Shown: positions 1 to 9,809 of the stretch, piece after piece
How positions within the stretch are numbered: the first letter of the stretch is position 1
Layout: every line of letters starts with the position of its first letter
Origin: a virus
Lineage: Duplodnaviria; Heunggongvirae; Uroviricota; Caudoviricetes
IMG/VR virus record: IMGVR_UViG_3300010942_000265
Direction: 5' to 3' (one strand)
Length of the DNA: 64,000 bases
Notes under the pieces: generated by a model
What the model saw: the letters and a program-made list of their open reading frames with translations, nothing else
What the model was told of the DNA's origin: nothing
Databases searched by the model: none
Position numbers and translations under genes: made by a program

Positions 1-1
1 T

Positions 2-1900
2 GATCAACCTAAAACTGAAAAAGGTAGATATCATGCAGAGTTATTAAAGATTTACTTTGAAGCTCAAGCTAAACTTCCGGAGTCTCAACAAAAAGGTTAC
101 CGCGTTCCTTCTGTTTCTAAAACAGATTTAGAAAGAATTATGCAGAATGGTCTTAAAGATTATGTTACAACAAATCTTAAAGAAGCTGTCAAACTTCAAT
201 CATGGGACACTGAGTATGCATTAGGAACTTTATCTGAAGAAGATGTTAAGTTCTTACCTATTTACTATACTCAACAAATGGATGCCAAAGATGTAACTTT
301 AGATTTTGCTATGTCAGTTCTTGTATTTAGTGCTATGGCTAATAAGTATGAGGCAATGAATAATGTAAATGCTGAGATCTCTTTGATGAAGACTGTTGTT
401 GGAGCGCGCAAGGTACCGGAAACAAATAGTAAAGGTCAAGCTGTCTTAGATGCATTTGCTAAGAAACTAGGTTATGAAGAATACATCCGTCAGAATGGAG
501 AGAGTTATTCTAAGAAACATCTTGATGCATTTATAGACATGGTTATCTATGGTGAGATGCAAAAAGCTGAAGAGATCTTTGGAGGATTATCTCTTTCAAA
601 GATTACTAATTCAGCTATGTCTTATTCAGCAATCACAACTATTGCTGCAGATTTACTTAAAGGTGTTGCCAATAACTTACAAGGTAATATCCAAGTATTA
701 ATTGAAGCCGCGGGTGGACAGTTCTTTAACCGTAAAAATCTAAGAAGAGGTAAAGCATATCTTGCTAAGAATTTACCAGGAGTCTTAGGTGATTTTGGAA
801 AACCTGCCCCTACCAGCCTACTAGGGAAGCTTGTTGAAAAGTATGATCCAATGCAAGGTAATTTCAAAGATACATACGGTAAAAAGGTAAGTATGAGTAT
901 GCTTAACAAGTTAATGCGTACTGATACATTATTCTTCAACCAACACTTTGGTGAGTATGAGATTCAAGTATCTACAATGTTGGCCATCTTTGATAGTATC
1001 AAAGTACTAGATAAAGCTTCAGGAGAAGAAATAACATTACTTCAAGCATATAATACTTACGGTGCAGATGACGCGCACAGTAAGATTAAGATTGCTAAGA
1101 CTGATAGTAAAGGTGAGGTTGAAACTGATGAGAATGATAATACAATATATGTTCCTTTTGGAGAAACACAAAGACAAGATATCCAAGCAAGAATTCATGG
1201 TTTGAATAAATACATGCATGGTGTCTATAATGACTTTGATAAAGGTACAATGCAAAAGTATTCACTTGGACGTTTAGCTTTAATGTATAGAAAACATGTT
1301 GTTCCAGGATATAAAAGAAGATTTAAGCGTGTATCTATGGATCATGAGATTGGCTCACCAACAGAAGGATACTATAGAACTTTTGCAGATGCTATGATGT
1401 CTGATATGAAACAGTATAAATTCAATGTAATTAAAAACTGGTCAACATATACACCATTTCAAAAAGCTCAGATATCAAAAGTACTTACAGAAATTTCTAT
1501 AATTTTAGCATTGGCTACTCTTGGATTTGTATTAACAAACTTATTAGTTAATCCAGATGATGATGATAGAGAACCAATCCAAGATTATTATGGATATAAT
1601 TTCTTGTTGTATGAGGTATTAAGGATGAGATCTGAAACAGCATCTTACATCAATCCTATTGATGCTATTAGGGTAATGAGATCACCATCTGCTATGACAG
1701 GTACAATTGATAGACTTATTAAATTTATGAACCAAATAATGCCATGGAACATTAGTGAAGAGTACAAAAGAGATACAGGTGTTTGGGAAAAAGGTGACAA
1801 CAAAGCTTGGGCAGCCTTTACAAAACTAATGGGTTTCTCAGGTTACAATACATCACCAGAGGCAGCATGGAAATCATTTGAATCATCATTCTTTAAATAA
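2..1900 (+). CDS. Large hypothetical protein, 5'-truncated at window edge (track ORF 140..1900 extends upstream in-frame to position 2 without stops). One predicted TM segment near residue 450
   Basis: Frame of ATG at 140 is open back to nt 2. Hydrophobic stretch ISIILALATLGFVLTNLLV. Same strand as late genes. Confidence 0.5.
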   Translation, partial: DQPKTEKGRYHAELLKIYFEAQAKLPESQQKGYRVPSVSKTDLERIMQNGLKDYVTTNLKEAVKLQSWDTEYALGTLSEEDVKFLPIYYTQQMDAKDVTLDFAMSVLVFSAMANKYEAMNNVNAEISLMKTVVGARKVPETNSKGQAVLDAFAKKLGYEEYIRQNGESYSKKHLDAFIDMVIYGEMQKAEEIFGGLSLSKITNSAMSYSAITTIAADLLKGVANNLQGNIQVLIEAAGGQFFNRKNLRRGKAYLAKNLPGVLGDFGKPAPTSLLGKLVEKYDPMQGNFKDTYGKKVSMSMLNKLMRTDTLFFNQHFGEYEIQVSTMLAIFDSIKVLDKASGEEITLLQAYNTYGADDAHSKIKIAKTDSKGEVETDENDNTIYVPFGETQRQDIQARIHGLNKYMHGVYNDFDKGTMQKYSLGRLALMYRKHVVPGYKRRFKRVSMDHEIGSPTEGYYRTFADAMMSDMKQYKFNVIKNWSTYTPFQKAQISKVLTEISIILALATLGFVLTNLLVNPDDDDREPIQDYYGYNFLLYEVLRMRSETASYINPIDAIRVMRSPSAMTGTIDRLIKFMNQIMPWNISEEYKRDTGVWEKGDNKAWAAFTKLMGFSGYNTSPEAAWKSFESSFFK

Positions 1901-1906
1901 ATAGTA

Positions 1907-2113
1907 ATGGAAACAATTACAAAATCAGTTATTAAACTTTCAGAGATTCCTGTTGAGTTGCAACAGAATCCCATGTTAGTAGGTCATAAAGTTCATACAT
2001 ATGCTGAGTTTCATATTGAAGATTCAGAACATGATGATTTAACAAAGTGGTTACTTCAGAAATATCCTACTCTTAAGAGAAAAATTAGTTTTTTAATTCA
2101 CATAAATAAATAG
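1907..2113 (+). CDS. Hypothetical protein (68 aa)
   Basis: ORF track; immediately follows the large ORF on the same strand. Confidence 0.35.
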   Translation: METITKSVIKLSEIPVELQQNPMLVGHKVHTYAEFHIEDSEHDDLTKWLLQKYPTLKRKISFLIHINK

Positions 2114-2115
2114 TA

Positions 2116-2256
2116 ATGGCAAAGGCAACATCAGCATCAGTAAAGACATATGCGCCTGTAAAAAAATCACGTCCGGGTGTTCATGCAAAAACAAAAACTT
2201 CTAAAATGAAAAACTCAAAGAACTACCGCAAGGCCTATAAAGGACAAGGGAAGTAG
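2116..2256 (+). CDS. Small highly basic protein (46 aa, K/R-rich)
   Basis: ATG at 2116 overlapping the upstream stop (TAGTAATG). Translation MAKATSASVKTYAPVKKSRPGVHAKTKTSKMKNSKNYRKAYKGQGK. Followed by a terminator hairpin. Confidence 0.3.
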   Translation: MAKATSASVKTYAPVKKSRPGVHAKTKTSKMKNSKNYRKAYKGQGK

Positions 2257-2264
2257 TCAGACAG

Positions 2265-2297
2265 AAAAAAAGGGGAGCCATTACAACTCCCCTAATT
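2265..2297. terminator. Bidirectional rho-independent terminator between convergent plus and minus gene blocks
   Basis: AAAAAAAGGGGAG-ccattacaa-CTCCCC hairpin flanked by A-run on the left and T-rich sequence on the right. Confidence 0.55.
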
Positions 2298-2625
2298 CTA
2301 TCTCAAGTAATTGACAGAATAATCTTCTTGTTTCAGCTTTTACAGCTTCCTTTGACCATTTCTCAAGGTCATCATCCCAATGATTTGTATCAAATCCAAA
2401 TACCCACCAATATTTTGGTGCATCTGTACCGTTTCCAAAGTTAGAATAAGTTAATCCTCCATGTACATCAATAGGATACATTAAGGTATAATAATCCATT
2501 TTATAAGCAGGATGTGTTGGAGGTATAGCTACATAACCCTTACCCCAACCTCCAGGTATTATGTTAATAATACCCTTACTATCTTGATAGCTTATCTTGA
2601 ACCTTTCTTTAAGGTAAAGTATCAT
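2281..2625 (-). CDS. Hypothetical protein (114 aa)
   Basis: ORF track; first gene of the minus block. Confidence 0.4.
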   Translation of the reverse strand: MILYLKERFKISYQDSKGIINIIPGGWGKGYVAIPPTHPAYKMDYYTLMYPIDVHGGLTYSNFGNGTDAPKYWWVFGFDTNHWDDDLEKWSKEAVKAETRRLFCQLLEIELGEL

Positions 2626-2813
2626 TCATCATCTTTTTCTTCACAACAATCACATTTTTCATCTGTGACTGTTAAACCATATTCATTATCAAACCAATTT
2701 CGGGCATCTTCTTTACTAGCTCTATAAATATCACCACTAGTTATTGCTTCAGCTCCAGCCATATAGGCTTCAATCATTGCTTTTCTGAACGCTACTGGAT
2801 GCATCTGTGTCAA
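2622..2813 (-). CDS. Hypothetical protein (63 aa)
   Basis: ORF track; translationally coupled neighbours. Confidence 0.35.
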   Translation of the reverse strand: MTQMHPVAFRKAMIEAYMAGAEAITSGDIYRASKEDARNWFDNEYGLTVTDEKCDCCEEKDDE

Positions 2814-3192
2814 CTTTAATAAATTTACCTAACTCAGGTTTGAAGTATCCAGGGCCCTTAAGAATCTTTCCATCTTCTCTGAACACAGGTTTACCATCAG
2901 CACCTAGCTTACTCATATTACTTGCTTGAATTTCATCAAACACATCTAAGATGATATGCTGCATACCATGTTTAAGAATTGTACCACATAAGATATACAA
3001 TTGATCACCTAAAGCATCAGCAATATCAACTAGGGAACCTTCCTCACATGCTTCAAGATACTCTTTATTCTCTTCATCCATTAAGTCCCATCTTAACTCA
3101 TACTCTTTTTTGTTCAATACTCTCGGCCATTTACCATCTTCTTGTCCAAATGCTTTGTGGAATTCTGCTACTTTATTTAATTGTTCTAACAT
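2770..3192 (-). CDS. MazG-like / all-alpha NTP pyrophosphohydrolase (putative)
   Basis: EFHKAFGQ ... EEYLEACEEGSLVDIADALGDQLYIL resembles the MazG/HisE-type EExxE/D...D metal-binding helices. Confidence 0.45.
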   Translation of the reverse strand: MLEQLNKVAEFHKAFGQEDGKWPRVLNKKEYELRWDLMDEENKEYLEACEEGSLVDIADALGDQLYILCGTILKHGMQHIILDVFDEIQASNMSKLGADGKPVFREDGKILKGPGYFKPELGKFIKVDTDASSSVQKSND

Positions 3193-3916
3193 ACTTTAAT
3201 TTATATTTATGTGTAAATTTACCTTTTCCTTTTATATTTCTATAAAAAGCACTTGTTGAAATATTTAATTTTTCTATACAATCACTAACACTTTCATACA
3301 CCATACCTGTTAACTCATCTTTTATTTTTTTATTCTTTAATCCTAATGCTAACCATTCTTTAAGAGCTTTATCTACAGAAGCTCTACCTTCTTTAGAAAA
3401 TGTAATAGATTTACCTTTTTTTATAAGTGATAATTTTTGTTTAGTAAAATCTGTATGTTTTTTTCCAGTACAACTAGTTTTTAGTCTTTCTAAAGTTTCT
3501 TTAGATTTTTTATGACCAATCATTCTAAAAGAACAATTTTTTTTAAACTCGTCAGTGTGTTTATAACCTTTTAACTTTTCAGAAATTTTTAACTTTGTTT
3601 CTTCTGAGTGCCTATAATTACCATTAGGATTTGTAGGTTTAATATTATATCCAAATTTATGATTATGTGTATTTAATAAATTACACCAATAGTTTTCTTC
3701 TGAGTATAAATACTGTTCTTCACATACAACTAACACTTCAAATTGAAAATTATCAACACCATATTTATTATAAGCACTTTGTAAATGTCTATTATCATGT
3801 GTATTATTTCTTAGATGAAACTTGTGTTGTGAAAGTCTACTAAATATATTAGTACTCTGACCAACTAGAATTTTATTATCTTTTAAAGATTTTATTGTAT
3901 ATATACCTGTTGTCAT
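3173..3916 (-). CDS. GIY-YIG homing endonuclease (I-TevI/Seg-like) with NUMOD3 repeats and C-terminal HTH; likely real start at internal MTTGIY
   Basis: GIYTIKSLKDNKILVGQSTNIFSRLSQH ... YNKYGVDNFQFEVLV is a GIY-YIG core. Three HxxxxKxKISxxxKG-type NUMOD3 repeats are present. Track ORF starts at 4009 but the internal ATG at 3916 fits the domain. Confidence 0.8.
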   Translation of the reverse strand: MTTGIYTIKSLKDNKILVGQSTNIFSRLSQHKFHLRNNTHDNRHLQSAYNKYGVDNFQFEVLVVCEEQYLYSEENYWCNLLNTHNHKFGYNIKPTNPNGNYRHSEETKLKISEKLKGYKHTDEFKKNCSFRMIGHKKSKETLERLKTSCTGKKHTDFTKQKLSLIKKGKSITFSKEGRASVDKALKEWLALGLKNKKIKDELTGMVYESVSDCIEKLNISTSAFYRNIKGKGKFTHKYKLKYVRTIK

Positions 3917-3980
3917 ATAACAAAGGTACAATAATTTTTTAATTCTTCCACTGCTGATAATTGTTTTTCCATGTTCAAAT

Positions 3981-4015
3981 TTAAAAAAAAAGGGGACAGC
4001 TTGCGCCATCCCAGG
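3981..4015 (-). terminator. Putative intrinsic terminator (minus strand) between DUF932-like gene and GIY-YIG gene
   Basis: Minus-sense GGGATGGCGCAAGCTGTCCCC followed by T9. Confidence 0.35.
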
Positions 4016-4046
4016 TGATTATTGTTCCTATGTTAACTATAGGCTC

Positions 4047-5591
4047 TTAGAAAAAGTCAGGAGTATTATCTTCTTCTTCTTCAGTAGTTTCACTTGCTGT
4101 AAAGTCTAGATTAAAATCATCTTTTTTTTCTACTGGTACACTATCTAAATCAGCTATAGCAGGTGTACCTTCAGAAGATTCAGTTGCTTCCAACATCTCA
4201 TAGTCTGCAGGACTTGGTGCCATAGATGAAGTCTGATCTAATAAGGCAGGATCAACTTCTTTAAAGAAATTATCTGCTTCAGTCTCACGGATTTCTTCTT
4301 CCAAATCTTTTTCAATTGGTGGAACTACTGGAGCTTCAAATGTATTACCTGCAGGATCTGTATAATGAATAGTTTCTTCAATTTGTTTTTCTACTATTTC
4401 TACATCTTCATCTAGATCTAAGATCTCTGTTCCAGCAGAATTAATACTTTCCATTTGCTGTTCAGTAAGCACATCTCCATATTTTTCAAGTACTTCTTCC
4501 TTAGTAAGTTCTTCAGTATGAACTACCATATCAGGCATAGGAATTTCTTCTCTTATTTTTTCAAGTACTTCATTGACAGGAACATTTTTTATTTCATCTG
4601 CAGAAATAGAAATACCAGATATTCCATAGATTAATTCATCTTTTATAGCTTGTTCATGAACTTCTTGAAGCTTATCAAAACCAGAACTATCTCCATGTAC
4701 TAACATATCAGCTTCAGCTTTTGCTAAATGTCCTAAAGCATGATATGTATCAGGATCCTGTTCTTTTAATTTATCAGCCATTTCAGCAATCTGATCTATG
4801 ATGTTTGTCTGATTAGGATTCTCAGTTAATGGATCAACCGGTACAGGAGTTTCTTCTACAACAGGTGCACTTACAGGAGTAAATTTATTTACTTCAGAAA
4901 TGAACATGTGAAGTATTCTTTGATCTTCCATCCAAGTGCGCGGATGTGAATGCTGTAAAGCAATAGTAACATAGTTATAGAAAGCCCACAAACTATTAGT
5001 ATCAGCAAATACATGTGTAGGACGGTCCATTTGGTTACGTATCATACTTGCTTGCTCAGTTGTTAAGATCTGAAACTCTGCAAATAAAATACCTAGCATC
5101 TGAGCCTGGCGTCTTTTGTTGAGAGAAACACCTTCCATAGCAGACTTATCTGAAACTAATTGTCCATAATAGGTATATGCATTTTGTATTTGAGTGTCAA
5201 TCATTTCTTTTGTCTCAGTATCTGCAGTACCTGTATGTTTTCTAGTCCATGTACCAAGTTCTCCAGATGTCATAACAGCACCTGTTCTATTGATATAAGC
5301 ACCAACTAAACATTTGAATTTTACTTGTTTGTTATAACTGTTTGTCCAAGCAAACATCATTGACAATTCAGGATCACTGTTAAAGTTTAACTTATAAATC
5401 CCTTGAGCAATCTGCCCATCTGCAGTACATCTGTACTCTTCATCTACAATACTAAACCCTGCAGCTTGTAACTGCTGTTTAGAATAATCAATAACAAATT
5501 GGTGACTAATAGTTGTATAACTAGCACCATGAACTGGTAAAGGCACACCAACTAAGTGTGCCATTGTACAATCTTGAATTTTCTTTGGCAT
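4047..5591 (-). CDS. Hypothetical protein with DUF932/DUF945-like N-terminal region and a long acidic (D/E/T-rich) C-terminal tail
   Basis: 514-aa ORF. The N-terminal part loosely resembles the phage/plasmid DUF932 family. The C-terminal third is strongly acidic and low complexity. Confidence 0.4.
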   Translation of the reverse strand: MPKKIQDCTMAHLVGVPLPVHGASYTTISHQFVIDYSKQQLQAAGFSIVDEEYRCTADGQIAQGIYKLNFNSDPELSMMFAWTNSYNKQVKFKCLVGAYINRTGAVMTSGELGTWTRKHTGTADTETKEMIDTQIQNAYTYYGQLVSDKSAMEGVSLNKRRQAQMLGILFAEFQILTTEQASMIRNQMDRPTHVFADTNSLWAFYNYVTIALQHSHPRTWMEDQRILHMFISEVNKFTPVSAPVVEETPVPVDPLTENPNQTNIIDQIAEMADKLKEQDPDTYHALGHLAKAEADMLVHGDSSGFDKLQEVHEQAIKDELIYGISGISISADEIKNVPVNEVLEKIREEIPMPDMVVHTEELTKEEVLEKYGDVLTEQQMESINSAGTEILDLDEDVEIVEKQIEETIHYTDPAGNTFEAPVVPPIEKDLEEEIRETEADNFFKEVDPALLDQTSSMAPSPADYEMLEATESSEGTPAIADLDSVPVEKKDDFNLDFTASETTEEEEDNTPDFF

Positions 5592-5592
5592 T

Positions 5593-7491
5593 TTAAAATA
5601 ATCTTAATTGATTTCCATTAGGTTCTAAACCTTCAATTTCTTTTTTAATTTTTTCTAGATAAAAATCATAGTTAACTTCATAGTTATCAAAAGGTTCTTC
5701 AACATAATTTGTAAAAACTTTCTGTAACCATTTACCTGATTCTACTTGGATCTCACGACCATCTAACAAATTGGTTTTGACAATCTTAGAACCTTTCTTA
5801 GTGATATAATACCTAATGGTATGCTGTAAATCATGGGTCACATACTGTTGATTAACAATACGGTGCTCTACAAATTTCCAATCTCCTTTAATCTTCACTC
5901 CTCCACAATAGTCAAAAATATCTCTATTGTATTTTAAGAAAACTTCCGGAGAGATACCATTAACAAAATACGCGTGCAATGCTTTTGGTATAATTAAGAA
6001 ACTTTTGTTTTTGTGTAGAGCAAGGTTTTCATACTCAAATCTGCCTTTACATTTAGACTTACCATCTTCAGTAATGGCAATATAATTATTGACATCACCT
6101 AAAACAATCTTACTGTAAGTATCATGTTCTAACTGTAGATTAGTAATCTTTTCCCATTCAGCACAGATTTCCATGTATCTATCTACTTTATCTCTTGGTA
6201 TCATAGTCTCAAGACCATCAGTATTCTGCATTAATGGAATGGCTTCAGGAATTTCTTCTAGGAGCATCTCATATAACATAGTAAGACTTAACTGGCCGTT
6301 GATTGTAATTCTCATAGTAAACTCAGGATCATATAGAAATGAATTAGCATCATTACTTAACCCATAGGTTGAGTTTAGAATAATCTTATAGACATAGTTC
6401 TTTGGATCCTTCTTTGGAATCTTTTTTCTTTCATCAAAGAACCATTCATACAGTTCACAGAATTCTTTCTGAGGTAAATGTGCAGGTGCCCATTTGTTTC
6501 TAATAGCTAGATTAGGATAAAATGATGTAACATCTGAAGTCATAATTACCATATCAGCATCAGATTCATATACCCTACTAGATCTAGCACCATGAATACC
6601 ACCCAGACCATAGTCAGTTTTAACTCCTCTATATTGTACAGAATATTTAAAACCTCCTTTAGTTTCACCTGGATATATAGTCACGTCTCTGAATTTCTTA
6701 AGCAGATTCTGAAATGTAGCTGTCTTGAATTGAATATAAGGTAAGATGATGTCATTAACAACAATCTTTGGCCTATTAGTTCTCATCTGTCTTAACTCCC
6801 ATTTCTTTATTCCGGTCTGTTGACTCAAGAACATAAGAAAGAGTTCTTTAGATATTCTTGGTTCAGAAGCTGAGAACAAATCAATGTTATACTCTTCAGT
6901 CAAGTTTTTTCTTAATTCAATCTGACCTTTACTTAAAAGCATGATCTCCTTAGTTGACTTGACATCATTAATACAATATCTAATGATAACTGGAATCTGT
7001 TGAGCAACAACTTCAGTACTGTGATGAAGAGGCATGTCCACAATGTTATGCCAATCCATACTAAACTGAATCCATTTTAATGAGCTTCTCTTAGCCGGAT
7101 TATCCCAATGGTTCAGTTTAAATACATCAACTTGCCTGATCTGTAAATCTCTAGGACTAAACTCAGAAAATTCTCCTTCATTTTGTTTCCTAATAATTTC
7201 TTGTGCTTTGTCATAAGCCCAGCGCGCAATTGCCTCACCGTCCATTTCAAGCAATTGTTCTTTGTTCCTTAATACATGTTCTGTGATTTGGCTGTCAAAA
7301 GCTAAACCATTAAAGCTTACATGCCATTCTTGTAAGGCAATATTCCTTTCAAAAAAAGTTACAAGTTCTAAAATATCATTTTTGCTTTTATGACATACAA
7401 AGATCTCTTGTTCTTCTGACTTAACACTCTCAAATACTCCAATGAAGCAGTTACTAAGAGTTTCATAATCCATTACCCAATGTGTTCTCAT
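5593..7491 (-). CDS. Family B DNA polymerase with 3'-5' exonuclease domain
   Basis: Exo I MDYETLSN and Exo III YCINDV. Pol motif A DVTSFYPNL, motif B KIILNSTYG and motif C NTDG. Confidence 0.9.
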   Translation of the reverse strand: MRTHWVMDYETLSNCFIGVFESVKSEEQEIFVCHKSKNDILELVTFFERNIALQEWHVSFNGLAFDSQITEHVLRNKEQLLEMDGEAIARWAYDKAQEIIRKQNEGEFSEFSPRDLQIRQVDVFKLNHWDNPAKRSSLKWIQFSMDWHNIVDMPLHHSTEVVAQQIPVIIRYCINDVKSTKEIMLLSKGQIELRKNLTEEYNIDLFSASEPRISKELFLMFLSQQTGIKKWELRQMRTNRPKIVVNDIILPYIQFKTATFQNLLKKFRDVTIYPGETKGGFKYSVQYRGVKTDYGLGGIHGARSSRVYESDADMVIMTSDVTSFYPNLAIRNKWAPAHLPQKEFCELYEWFFDERKKIPKKDPKNYVYKIILNSTYGLSNDANSFLYDPEFTMRITINGQLSLTMLYEMLLEEIPEAIPLMQNTDGLETMIPRDKVDRYMEICAEWEKITNLQLEHDTYSKIVLGDVNNYIAITEDGKSKCKGRFEYENLALHKNKSFLIIPKALHAYFVNGISPEVFLKYNRDIFDYCGGVKIKGDWKFVEHRIVNQQYVTHDLQHTIRYYITKKGSKIVKTNLLDGREIQVESGKWLQKVFTNYVEEPFDNYEVNYDFYLEKIKKEIEGLEPNGNQLRLF

Positions 7492-7718
7492 AGCACTTTC
7501 TTAAATAAATTTTCTCCGATAGGATCCAATAATTTCTCAGTTCTCACCCATAATTGTGTTTCCATGGGCATTACTGCTTCACATTCACTACAGTGCATTA
7601 TTCTAATTGAATGATTAGGACTACAGCATTCACATTTAATTGGAAATCTAAAATAGGTAATTCTTAATGGACCTTCTTCTTTACAATATCTACATGGCCC
7701 GTATGGTACATCTCCCAT
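7488..7718 (-). CDS. Small Cys-rich zinc-finger protein
   Basis: CRYC...CEC C...CSEC pattern; 76 aa. Confidence 0.45.
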   Translation of the reverse strand: MGDVPYGPCRYCKEEGPLRITYFRFPIKCECCSPNHSIRIMHCSECEAVMPMETQLWVRTEKLLDPIGENLFKKVL

Positions 7719-7756
7719 AACATTGATGTTCAGTTAAGCTGTTCCCCCGTATAGTT

Positions 7757-7795
7757 AATAAAAAAGAGGGAGCATGTTCTAGAATACTCCCTCTT
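7757..7795 (-). terminator. Intrinsic terminator (minus strand)
   Basis: AGAGGGAG-loop-CTCCCTCT 8-bp stem followed on the minus sense by a T-run. Confidence 0.5.
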
Positions 7796-7814
7796 GGTCC
7801 AAAACGAAAGCTAA

Positions 7815-8195
7815 TTACTTAGCCTCCTCAGCAACTTCTGCTATTTCAACAGAAGATACAAACTTGTTATAGTCAAATGTTGAATTGTTAATAGCAAACA
7901 TATCAACAAGTTCTTTCATTGCATTGTGATCTTCAACATAAAATTCTTGAAAGACTTCAATTTTATGTCGGTCTTGTTTCATACCTTTTGCACCAGTCAC
8001 TGCTTGCCCATATTCATCTAATTTAGGAAGCATGTGTAATGTATTTTTTGTAATCTTAGAAATTACAACAAATACTTTTGTACCTGGATCATAGATACAC
8101 TCTACATAAGGACATGATTCTGCTATAGGAATCATTCTGAAAGTTTGCTGTTCATTCCAAGTAGCTTGAACAAGCATCATAGTATTTTCACTCAT
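7815..8195 (-). CDS. Hypothetical protein (126 aa)
   Basis: ORF track. Confidence 0.4.
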   Translation of the reverse strand: MSENTMMLVQATWNEQQTFRMIPIAESCPYVECIYDPGTKVFVVISKITKNTLHMLPKLDEYGQAVTGAKGMKQDRHKIEVFQEFYVEDHNAMKELVDMFAINNSTFDYNKFVSSVEIAEVAEEAK

Positions 8196-8214
8196 CTTAT
8201 TGGTTTTTTAATTG

Positions 8215-8787
8215 TTACAAAGATAATCTAGAATCTTTTACATCTTCAAAATTTGCAACTTCAATTTGTAATTTTTCTTTTTCTAGATCTGGTTTGTCGC
8301 AGAGCTCACCTACTTCCTCTAAAAGTTTTTCTGAAACATTTAATATTTCAGCATATCTTTTAAAGAACTTTTCAGGAAACATATAACTTGTGACGTACAC
8401 ATGATTACCACTGTGCTGGTCATAAAAATTAACTATTTTGCGCTTTATTTCTATACTTATTTTACTGTATCTACCATTAATTAAATGGTTCCAATCATCT
8501 CCTAAATCAGAAAAGTCAAATACAAAAACTGCTTGTTCAGAGTTAACTTTATTGAAATCACATAATCTTGTATGTTTTAACAATACTTTTTTCTCAAAGT
8601 CTTCATAGTTTGCTTCACTAGTCTCATATACACAAATAAGTTTTTTATCCTCGGGGTTATACACATCATTCCAAGACAAATAAGTCTCACTTGGAACAAT
8701 TTGGGTACCCCTTTTAATATCTAAGAGCGGATAAATTAATATCTTAGACTTTTGAAAATACTTCTTATAAAGCGCATTGATTACCAT
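8215..8787 (-). CDS. Hypothetical protein (190 aa)
   Basis: ORF track. Confidence 0.4.
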   Translation of the reverse strand: MVINALYKKYFQKSKILIYPLLDIKRGTQIVPSETYLSWNDVYNPEDKKLICVYETSEANYEDFEKKVLLKHTRLCDFNKVNSEQAVFVFDFSDLGDDWNHLINGRYSKISIEIKRKIVNFYDQHSGNHVYVTSYMFPEKFFKRYAEILNVSEKLLEEVGELCDKPDLEKEKLQIEVANFEDVKDSRLSL

Positions 8788-8792
8788 AAATA

Positions 8793-9809
8793 CTATAGTT
8801 TTAAATTCCCACTTGCTAGTTCATAAGGTAGATCATATCTTCTATTTTCATAGTGCCATTTAAGTTTTTGCACTAATTCACTAAAGTCATCACCCCATTT
8901 ATCTAGCGTCTCGCTTGATACCTGATATGGGTAGACTTGGTTATACTTATCAATTACAATAAATGTAACCTGAATACTCCATTCAGAGGCATTTGGTAAA
9001 TTAACTAAAAGATTATCAGTAACCAGTAAAGAATATATCACAGCTTGAATCCAATATCTATAATACTCTACTGATTCCGGAAAATCTTGTATTGCTTTAC
9101 CTGTTGTTTTAAGGTCATTAATGAAAATAACCTTAGCTTCTTTGTCAATGACTATGTTATCTATTACACCTTTAAATCCAAATGGTAATCCCGGACTATC
9201 TGATGTTAATAGATTTTCATTAAATACATTAATGTGAGTGTCTTCTGCTGTTTTATCTAACTGAAGAAGAGCTCTAACATCTCTATTGTTTTTTAAAGCT
9301 TCAAGAGATGCTTTGCAATTGTCTACAGTAGACTGATCAATAACTGTTTTGTCTAAGCTTGCTTTTAAAAATCCAAAATACTCTATGTTTTCAGCTGTGA
9401 GTATTTTATCAAGTCTTTGCTGATCTGTTTTGAGAGATTGATATAAGTTAATTGATGTGAGTTCTGAGAGGATTTCTTGAGAGTAGTCTTCCAAAGTTAA
9501 TGTATTATTTCCCAATGTCAAGTGATACTTGAAAATATTATCAATTATTTTCTTTTGACTATCTGTTGGTACCTTACCTGGTAAAGTAAGAAAAGTATCA
9601 TCAAACTTTTCGGGCTCTAACAACATGCAATGTAAAGCTCTACCTGCTACTAAATGAGCATCAGTACTATCTTCTCTCTGCTGCAGTACATAATGGTTAT
9701 AAAACATTACAGGAGAGAATAATAACTTATTGATGCCACTATAGCTGAAGTAGAACTTCTGTTTGTAAAATTTATCTAGTTCTTCAGAACCAATCAATGC
9801 CAGATTCAT
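8793..9809 (-). CDS. PD-(D/E)XK nuclease, RecB/Cas4-like family (putative recombination exonuclease)
   Basis: VIDNIVID ... INDLKTT (D...D-x-K) followed by a QxxxY motif (IQAVIY). Confidence 0.55.
   Translation of the reverse strand: MNLALIGSEELDKFYKQKFYFSYSGINKLLFSPVMFYNHYVLQQREDSTDAHLVAGRALHCMLLEPEKFDDTFLTLPGKVPTDSQKKIIDNIFKYHLTLGNNTLTLEDYSQEILSELTSINLYQSLKTDQQRLDKILTAENIEYFGFLKASLDKTVIDQSTVDNCKASLEALKNNRDVRALLQLDKTAEDTHINVFNENLLTSDSPGLPFGFKGVIDNIVIDKEAKVIFINDLKTTGKAIQDFPESVEYYRYWIQAVIYSLLVTDNLLVNLPNASEWSIQVTFIVIDKYNQVYPYQVSSETLDKWGDDFSELVQKLKWHYENRRYDLPYELASGNLKL

Noticed and set aside
622-1255. Minus-strand ORFs 622..939 and 1037..1255 inside the large plus-strand ORF
   Set aside because: They are fully embedded antisense in a long intact coding frame. 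Low-complexity hydrophobic translation typical of AT-rich antisense frames.
2512-3245. Plus-strand ORFs 2512..2727 and 2979..3245 overlapping minus genes
   Set aside because: Antisense to better-supported minus-strand genes with recognisable motifs.
6173-6367. Plus ORF inside the DNA polymerase gene
   Set aside because: Antisense within a motif-supported polymerase ORF.
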